This document shows, piece by piece, positions 57,452 through 64,000 of a stretch of DNA of 64,000 bases. Source of the stretch: Candidatus Marinacidobacterales bacterium (lineage in GTDB: Bacteria; Acidobacteriota; Vicinamibacteria; Marinacidobacterales; SMYC01); contig OZ250169.1 of NCBI GenBank assembly GCA_965237955.1, positions 7,168,001-7,232,000 of the forward strand. Reading direction: 5' to 3'. Every line of letters starts with the position of its first letter. Within the stretch, counting starts at the first letter, position 1. Under the pieces are notes generated by a model. It saw only the letters and a program-made list of their open reading frames with translations, had not been told where the DNA came from and did no database searches. The position numbers were made by a program, and so were the translations under genes.

Positions 57452-57491
57452 GTTAGGGGCTGGCCATCAACACTTGGTTGCGGAAATACCC
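57450..57491 (+). repeat. 42-bp dispersed repeat, copy 3
   Basis: GGGTTAGGGGCTGGCCATCAACACTTGGTTGCGGAAATACCC, 37/42 identical to copy 1. Confidence 0.85.
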
Positions 57492-57562
57492 ATTGAGTCG
57501 GTATCAGCTATACTTGGGAGTTACAAGAACAATCCATGATGTTTGCCCTCTAGGCGGAGACC

Positions 57563-57970
57563 ATGACGACGGACCACGCAGACCCGCGGAACCGGCGCGG
57601 TTCGAAGCGCATCAACGCGCGAATACGCATCTTGTTTACCCGCGCGGGAACCGGCGTTGCCATCGAGGCGGAGACCGACGACATCAGCGCGGACGGTGTG
57701 TTTGTTCGAACCCGCCGTCGACCGCCGGACGCGGGTACCAAACTCGCGCTGCTCCTGAAGCTGGAAGATCCCGCTCAGGAGTTGATGCTGGAAGGAATCG
57801 TGGCCTGGGTGAGCCAGGGTGTACTTACTGAATCTGGGCAAACGTCGCGAGGGATGGGCATCCGCTTCGTGGATGTGGATGACGAAACGCGAAAGGTTCT
57901 GACGCAAGCCCTCGAGCGGACTGAGGAGGCAAGTGCTCCACCGCAGGAAGTCGGCGATGGCAGCGCCTAG
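57563..57970 (+). CDS. PilZ-domain protein
   Basis: RRGSKR and DISADG motifs, GMGIRF. Confidence 0.85.
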   Translation: MTTDHADPRNRRGSKRINARIRILFTRAGTGVAIEAETDDISADGVFVRTRRRPPDAGTKLALLLKLEDPAQELMLEGIVAWVSQGVLTESGQTSRGMGIRFVDVDDETRKVLTQALERTEEASAPPQEVGDGSA

Positions 57971-59119
57971 TGCTCGAACGCGCACCCGTTAAAGGACTCG
58001 GAGCGACGGGATCTCAGGGAGGTCATCGAAGACCGCGCCGAGAGTCTTGCTGTGCCCTCCGCAGACGGGGTCAGTTCGAGAGCCGATAGGTAAACTTTAT
58101 GCGCTCATCGGCCACTCCGCTCAAGCGGAACACGATGCGGCGGGCGTCGATTGAAAGCACGTGACCTTGCGCCGCTTTGATGCTCCCCGGAACGAAATGC
58201 TCGGATCTTGAAAAATCGAACCTCCAGAGGCCCTCACCGCTGGCTTCGGGGGACAAGAAGGCTTCGATAGTGTTTTCACCGCGGCGTCCCTCGAAATCGT
58301 GTCTGAAAGGGCCCGCACTGTTGGTGTTGTCGAGCCGGGCGCCATTCAACACGACGCTTCCGCGAGATGTTCCGTCGGAAGGGCTCATTCCCAGAAAGCT
58401 CGTGAACGAGCTTCGGAGAGCTTGCCGGAGTTTCAGGGGGAGCGTGATGCCCTGCACGGTTACGTCGCTGGCGCTTGCTCCATCCGTCACAGTCAAGGTG
58501 ATGGTGACCACCTCGTTGTTGCATGACGGCCAGTTCCGGGTGGGTTTTTGCTCCGAGTGGTTGGTGACACCTCCACCGGCGGCGCCTCCGTCGATGACCC
58601 AGGCGTAAGTGGTGACGGGCCCGGTCGAGCATCCGCCATCGAGTTTCAAATTGCAGGATCCACCGGGGAAGTTGAATGTGAAGCAGGCTGTCACTGCCGG
58701 TGGCGGTGGTGGTGGTGGTGGCGGTGGCGCACCTGGTGGTGCTGGAGGCGGTGGCGCACCTGGCGTCGCGACGGGATCTTCTGGGGTTTTCGGGTCCGAG
58801 GGTCCCGTCGCGACGACGACAACCCCTCCGACGCCGGCAGCGCCCGCACCGATGGCAACGGCCGTCCCGCTGCCTGCTCCACCAGCGATTCCGGAGGTCA
58901 CAACACCCGTCGTGGCAATAGTCCCTATGATTTCCACGGTCTCGAAGCCGGGAGGAAGTGCTGATGCTCCAGCTTCCGTGGCCCCTACGATGATGCCCGG
59001 TTCTTCGCCGGGCAAATAGGCGCCTGGGCGGTCCTTGCATTTCTCTCGAACCTCGGGGTCGTGCTCGACATCCACGGCATTGTTAAAGGCGACGTCCACC
59101 GCCTCGATGTAATAAATGA

Positions 59120-60838
59120 GGTTCTCCTGTCGTTTCGGGGGATCTGATTTGTGTTGGAGGGCATGGCCTATGGACGCTGCCGCGATTGTGGAAAACGCCG
59201 GAAACTCCGGGCGAGAGAGGCGTTTAGGGAAAGGTTGTGAGCACGTACAAACGTGGAGCGGCGTTTTCCACAATCGCTTGGAAAACGCTTCGCGTTTCCC
59301 ACGAGCGCCCACAGGCCCCTCCTGATATATATACAAGAAAGATTAATTCATATGGGATAAGGAAGGGGGGGCTCGATTAGTGGAGGCTATGGAAAACGCC
59401 CTTCCAGGCTTCGAAGAGAACTCAGTCGTGAGCAAGGTCTGAACGACCAGAACCGTGGGGGCGTTTCCCACAGCCTCGTCTCCCGCTGAGGGGCAGTGGC
59501 ATTTGGTGAGGCCCGTGGGTTGAGAGGGTAAGCCATGTGTAGATGCGCATCGGCGAGAACGCTAGAATCTTTTTTTCCGAAAGAGAAAAGAGCGTTCCCG
59601 CGATGCGCGTTACTACGTTAGTCAACAAGCTCATCGGATTGCAAGGCCTGTGGGTCCGAGGTTTCCACTTCCAGGCGGACAAAGCCAGAGTGGTGGTGGA
59701 TGTAGTACCACGGAGGAGGAAGCCTCTGTGCGGGATTTGCGGACGAAAGGTCCGCAAGAACAAAGATCGCTACAATCGCTACTGGCGGCACTTGGACCTG
59801 TTCGGAGTCCGGACCTATCTTCGCTACTCGATCCGACGAGTGGTATGTCGGCGGTGTGGAGTGGTCAGAGAAAAGGTGCCTTGGGCCGACAAGGGAAGCC
59901 GCTTTACCAAAAGCTTCGAACAAGAGGTAGCGTGGCTGGCACAGAGGACGGACGTCAGCGCCGTAGCGAACTATTTCCGAGTGACGTGGCGTTCGGTGCG
60001 ACGGATCATCCAGCGAGTGGTTGCCGAGCAGCGGGATGAGCGGCGCGAGCTCGATGGATTGCGGGTGATTGGGATGGACGAGATCAGCTACCGCAAACGC
60101 CACAAGTACTTAACAGTGGTAATAGACCATCTCAGCGGCCGGGTCGTCTGGGCGGGAAAGGAGCGCAAGGCCAAGACGCTGCTGCGGTTTTTCCGCAAGC
60201 TCGGACCACAAAGAGCCGCGGAGCTCGAAGCGGTCAGCATGGACATGTGGGAGCCGTACATAACTGTCGTCGGCAAAAAGGCTCCTCAGGCACGGGTGAT
60301 CTTTGACCGCTTCCACATCGTCAAGCATCTGAACGAGGCCGTGGATAAGACCCGGCGCGAGCTGGTGCGCGAGCTCAAAGGGACTGCCCGGCGCAACCTC
60401 AAGAACACCAAGTTTCCCCTTCTCAAGGCCAAACACAACCGCAGCGCGAAAGACAAACGGGTGCTCCGCGAGCAGGTGCGAGCTAATCGTCGCCTCTACC
60501 GCGCCATGCTTCTGCGCGACGACTTCATGGACCTCTACACCTACAAAACCGAGACATGGGCCAAGAAGTTTCTCCGAGGATGGCTGCGGCGCGCTATGAG
60601 CTCGAGGATAGAGCCCGTCAAACGCGCGGCGAAGATGATCCGCAGCCACTTCGATGGCGTCATCGCGTGGGTCACGTGGAGACTCAGCAACGGCCGACTC
60701 GAAGGAATGAACAACAAAATCCGGCTGCTGAGCCACCGCAGCTTTGGACTCCACTCTGCCGAAGCTCTCATCAGTCTCGTCTACCTAAACTGTGGCGGTC
60801 TCACCCTCGAGAGGATCCACTGAAATGGCAGGAGAGGC
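59120..60838 (+). mobile_element. ISL3-family IS with long structured leader, TSD ATAAATGA
   Basis: Imperfect IRs GGTTCTCCTGTCGTTTC and GAAATGGCAGGAGAGGC; TSD at 59112-59119 and 60839-60846. Confidence 0.95.
59603..60823 (+). CDS. ISL3 transposase
   Basis: CxxC zinc finger, IGMDE, SMDMW, FDRFH, EGMNNKI. Confidence 0.93.
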   Translation: MRVTTLVNKLIGLQGLWVRGFHFQADKARVVVDVVPRRRKPLCGICGRKVRKNKDRYNRYWRHLDLFGVRTYLRYSIRRVVCRRCGVVREKVPWADKGSRFTKSFEQEVAWLAQRTDVSAVANYFRVTWRSVRRIIQRVVAEQRDERRELDGLRVIGMDEISYRKRHKYLTVVIDHLSGRVVWAGKERKAKTLLRFFRKLGPQRAAELEAVSMDMWEPYITVVGKKAPQARVIFDRFHIVKHLNEAVDKTRRELVRELKGTARRNLKNTKFPLLKAKHNRSAKDKRVLREQVRANRRLYRAMLLRDDFMDLYTYKTETWAKKFLRGWLRRAMSSRIEPVKRAAKMIRSHFDGVIAWVTWRLSNGRLEGMNNKIRLLSHRSFGLHSAEALISLVYLNCGGLTLERIH

Positions 60839-61384
60839 ATAAATGATCCGTGCCGTTCCCGGGCTGGGCTTGGGCAGGATGCTGACAAAGTTGTCTTCAT
60901 GGATGACCATCTCCACCCAGTAAAATTTCGGATAGTGGTCGGCGCGGAAATAGACCTTGGCGGTCCGAACGTCCTTTCCGGGCTGGATGGCTGCATCGAC
61001 CACCGGGTATTTGCCCACGCCGGTACAATCGAGCGGGTCGTGGGAGATGTCGGGAGTTGTTTGAGTTCGAGCCGGTGCTGCGAATCCGAGAACGACGAGG
61101 AGCGGGAGACTTTTCAGACCCATCTTCGTCACGGTACGCGCGCGTCTGGAGGGCGACGACGAACGCGTGCAGTTCTGACCCATGGGCTCTTGACTCCGTC
61201 TTAGCTCGGCTTTCGGACGAGGGGATCTCGATCGATAAACTGGTCCCGCAGTAAGTACGCAAACCCTATGCCAAGGGGAGCAGACGTTTTCCGACCCGTA
61301 TCCCATTGATCGAAAAGGGGATACGTGCGATTCTCGCGAAGAAAAGGCATAGCTGGCGTGGCCGTTTCCCCACACTGAGACAAG

Positions 61385-62030
61385 AGTTAAAGTGACCCCC
61401 GGCAAAGCCGGGGGCCTATTCATAAGAGCCCCTCGAAGGGGCTGTTCATGAGCCCCCTAAAGGGGGCGATCTTGCTCCCCAACTACGAGCCCGACCAATC
61501 CATATTCAGCTGGTCCAGACGTTGGTCCTCCTGCTCTTGGAATGTACTTGCGGACCATCTCTTCGTCCAAGCCTACGGTCGACACGAAGTAACCGCGTGC
61601 CCAGAAGCTTTCGCCGGTGAAGTTGCGTCTGCGTCCGCGGAAGTTCCGTGCCACCGAGATCGCACTCTTGCCTTTGATGAACCCCACCACGTTCGACACC
61701 GCAAACTTCGGTGGGATGCTGATGCACATGTGGACGTGGTCCGACATCAAGTGGCCCTCCAGAATCCAGGCCTCTTTTTGTTTCGCCAGCTCGTGGAGAA
61801 TCTTTCCCAGATGCGTTCTGATTGCACCATACATCTTCTTCCTTCGGTACTTCGGGATGAACACAACGTGATATTTGCAGTCCCATCGTGTGTGGGATAG
61901 GCTCTTGTATTCTTTCACCTTGGTAGTCCTCCTTGTTTGGAAGTTCGCGCTTTCCAAGGAGGACTTTCTTTCCTACTTCCTTACACGGTCAAACCTCTGG
62001 GAGTCACCCCGGCAGAGCCGGGGGTTTACC
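61385..62030 (-). mobile_element. IS200-type element, tnpA only; ends approximate
   Basis: Subterminal hairpins CCCCGGC-AAA/AGA-GCCGGGG near 61395-61415 and 62007-62025. Confidence 0.85.
61457..61918 (-). CDS. tnpA: IS200 Y1 transposase, frameshift near the 3' end
   Basis: CKYHVVFIPKYR, DHVH, IKGKS, FWARGY, VRKYI. Confidence 0.9.
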   Translation of the reverse strand: MKEYKSLSHTRWDCKYHVVFIPKYRRKKMYGAIRTHLGKILHELAKQKEAWILEGHLMSDHVHMCISIPPKFAVSNVVGFIKGKSAISVARNFRGRRRNFTGESFWARGYFVSTVGLDEEMVRKYIPRAGGPTSGPAEYGLVGLVVGEQDRPL

Positions 62031-62108
62031 TCAATGAATTATCCAACTAGGTCCTCGAACCAGTGTCGGTCGTCGAGCTCGGATTTCCGGTGCTCGCGGA
62101 GATCTTCC

Positions 62109-64000
62109 TCACCAGCTGATGCTCTTCGAGAACTTGCCGCCGTCCGCAAGCGTGACCGTGGCTGCGATCTCCCCCTGGTGCTGCGACTCCTTCCAGGTAC
62201 CCGCGATCTCGTAAACAAGTGCGGTGGCTTGCGGGTCGATTCGCTGGATGCGAGTGGGAATCTGGGCCCCCTTGCCGGTGGTCTTGCCCCCGAATCGGCT
62301 CACCAGCTCCAGGCTTCGGACCTCGATGGGTCGATATCCCTCGTTAAAGACTCTCACCCGGAGCACATAGGGCTCGCCCGGCTTGGCGTCGGTTGGGTTG
62401 AGCTCGATGATGATCTGAGCTGGGAAAAAGGGATCGGCCGTTTCATTGACCTTGAACCGGTCTTCCATCTCGAATCCCACAACTTCTTCCGTGTCGGATT
62501 GGCTCGGAGTAAATTCGGTCTTACTCTCGACGAAGCGTCGTGCCGGCGCCGCGGCCTGCCGCTTGGCCTCCGCCTGGTGTTTGAGACTTATGGCTCGATC
62601 GAGCCCGTTCTGGGCTTCGCGGCTTTCCGGCTCGTACTCCATGGCCTTTTTGTAGGCGTCAATGGCTCCTTGATAGTTACCTCCCTCGAGAGAGAGCCTT
62701 CCCTGTTGGACATATTGCGCAGCGAAGGATTTCAGCTCTGCCTCGGCTTGCTTGGCTCGGAGCTTGTCGCTCAGCTCGCTCCAGCGCGGGCTTTTAGGGT
62801 CCAGACGCTGCCCACGGGCAATGAGCGACTGGGCCTCTTCGAGCTGGCCGTTACTGAGCGCCAATGCGGCGTCGGTGGCAAAGGTTGCGGCCTGCTCACG
62901 AGGAGTCGGCTTGGATGAAGGAACGGGCCTGAGCTTTTCAACTGGCGGGGACGGTTGAGCCGGCTTGGATTTCGCTTGGTCTTCTGCCGCTTTCCTGACG
63001 GCTTCCTGAAGCTCGAGAGCTCTCGGGTTTCCCGGCTCAATCGTCAAGATGTTTTGCACCGCTTCGAAGGCCTGGGCGATTTGTCCGTTCTCGAGAAGCC
63101 CCTCGGCAAACTGGAAACGCTTTTCCAGATCGACGGGGGCGGGGGAGGACCCCAATGCCGACGCGGGGGGTGGAGAGCTCTCGGGTTGATGGAACACGAG
63201 AAGATACGCCCCTACTGCCGCGCCAAGAAGGACAACCGCAGCCGCCACCTGTGGCAGCCGGCTGGGGGCGGGCGGGCGGGCAACCCTCGTGGGCCGGATG
63301 CGACTCTTCGAGGGTGTCGATGGTCTAACGGGAGCCGGCCTCACCTCGGTGGCAGGCATCCCCTCGCTGGGTGCCGGTTGAGCCACACCGATCTGGGTGG
63401 ACGTTCCGGTCTGTTGTACGGGAACTGCGGCCGCGTCGGTGCCACCGGGCCGCTTGGCTCCATGGCTTGTCTGTCGAAGGGATCCCGGGTCAAGAGCGCG
63501 AAAGATGGGTTTTTCGGGCAACCCCGCTGAATGATCACGCAAGAAGTTCTCGATGGCCTTCGCCATCTTCTCGGCGCTCGAGTAGCGATCCTCGGCATCC
63601 TTGGCGAGGGCCGAGCTTACAATCTCCTGGAGCTCCGGGAGTTCCCGTCCATCGGGCATGACCAGCTCGGGCGGGTCTTCCGTGAGAGTCTTGAAAAAGA
63701 CCGTCTCGATGCTCTCTCCGGAAAAGAGCATTTTGTCGGTCAAAAGCTGGTAGAGGACGATGCCAACGCTGAAAATGTCCGAACGGCCATCAACCCTCTC
63801 GCCACGAATCTGCTCGGGAGACATATAGCTGGCGGTCCCGAGGACCATCCCGCTCTGGGTTTGAGAAGACTTCATCCAGCGGGCGACGCCAAAGTCCATG
63901 ATCTTTGCACCGTCTTTGGTGACGAAAATATTGGCCGGCTTGACGTCACGATGGACGACCCCGGCGCCGTGGACGTGATGCAGTCCTCGACATACCTGGG
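62109..64000 (-). CDS. Membrane Ser/Thr protein kinase with TPR region (5' end outside the window)
   Basis: HRDVKPANI, DFG, YMSPEQ, DIFSVG, TM helix, TPR repeats. Confidence 0.92.
   Translation of the reverse strand, partial: QVCRGLHHVHGAGVVHRDVKPANIFVTKDGAKIMDFGVARWMKSSQTQSGMVLGTASYMSPEQIRGERVDGRSDIFSVGIVLYQLLTDKMLFSGESIETVFFKTLTEDPPELVMPDGRELPELQEIVSSALAKDAEDRYSSAEKMAKAIENFLRDHSAGLPEKPIFRALDPGSLRQTSHGAKRPGGTDAAAVPVQQTGTSTQIGVAQPAPSEGMPATEVRPAPVRPSTPSKSRIRPTRVARPPAPSRLPQVAAAVVLLGAAVGAYLLVFHQPESSPPPASALGSSPAPVDLEKRFQFAEGLLENGQIAQAFEAVQNILTIEPGNPRALELQEAVRKAAEDQAKSKPAQPSPPVEKLRPVPSSKPTPREQAATFATDAALALSNGQLEEAQSLIARGQRLDPKSPRWSELSDKLRAKQAEAELKSFAAQYVQQGRLSLEGGNYQGAIDAYKKAMEYEPESREAQNGLDRAISLKHQAEAKRQAAAPARRFVESKTEFTPSQSDTEEVVGFEMEDRFKVNETADPFFPAQIIIELNPTDAKPGEPYVLRVRVFNEGYRPIEVRSLELVSRFGGKTTGKGAQIPTRIQRIDPQATALVYEIAGTWKESQHQGEIAATVTLADGGKFSKSISW

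Larger units (their letters stand above)
58071..61123 (-). pseudogene. Secreted Pro/Gly-rich PKD-like domain protein split by ISL3
   Basis: Signal peptide at 61123; removing the IS and one TSD restores RIIYYIEAVD; YAW..ITLTVTD PKD-like motif. Confidence 0.8.

Noticed and set aside
45401-57491. 42-bp repeats as a CRISPR array or full integron
   Set aside because: Copies are kilobases apart and in mixed orientation; no cas or intI gene and no complete attC palindrome.
61385-62030. TnpB/IscB RNA-guided system
   Set aside because: The element holds only tnpA between its hairpins.

Overview
GC-rich bacterial chromosomal window. Protein families and repeat styles suggest Acidobacteriota (Vicinamibacteria-like), which is an inference. 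Intact housekeeping blocks: fumC-gnd-zwf-pgl, lysC-dapB-dapA-dapD, nadQ-nadA-nadC with NadQ boxes, thiolase, OCD, Dyp, cyclophilin and two D-aminoacylases. These are interleaved with heavy mobile-element damage: two near-identical ISL3 copies with a structured leader, a second ISL3, an IS3, an IS200, two miniature elements in pilT and an agmatinase gene, and many orphan gene fragments. Main observations: (1) two paralogous large proteins that end in a TAVEL motif, an Ig-like domain and a C25 gingipain-like peptidase, possibly a self-processing surface-display system, with one copy broken exactly at TAVEL; (2) a 42-bp repeat found three times at gene-breaking junctions; (3) two selenoproteins split by the ORF track (PrxU-type peroxiredoxin and a DsrE-like UxxC protein); (4) an Omp85 barrel paired with a secreted kinase-like protein. 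Several frameshifts lie in homopolymers and may be sequencing errors. All family calls come from motifs read by eye; no database search was run.
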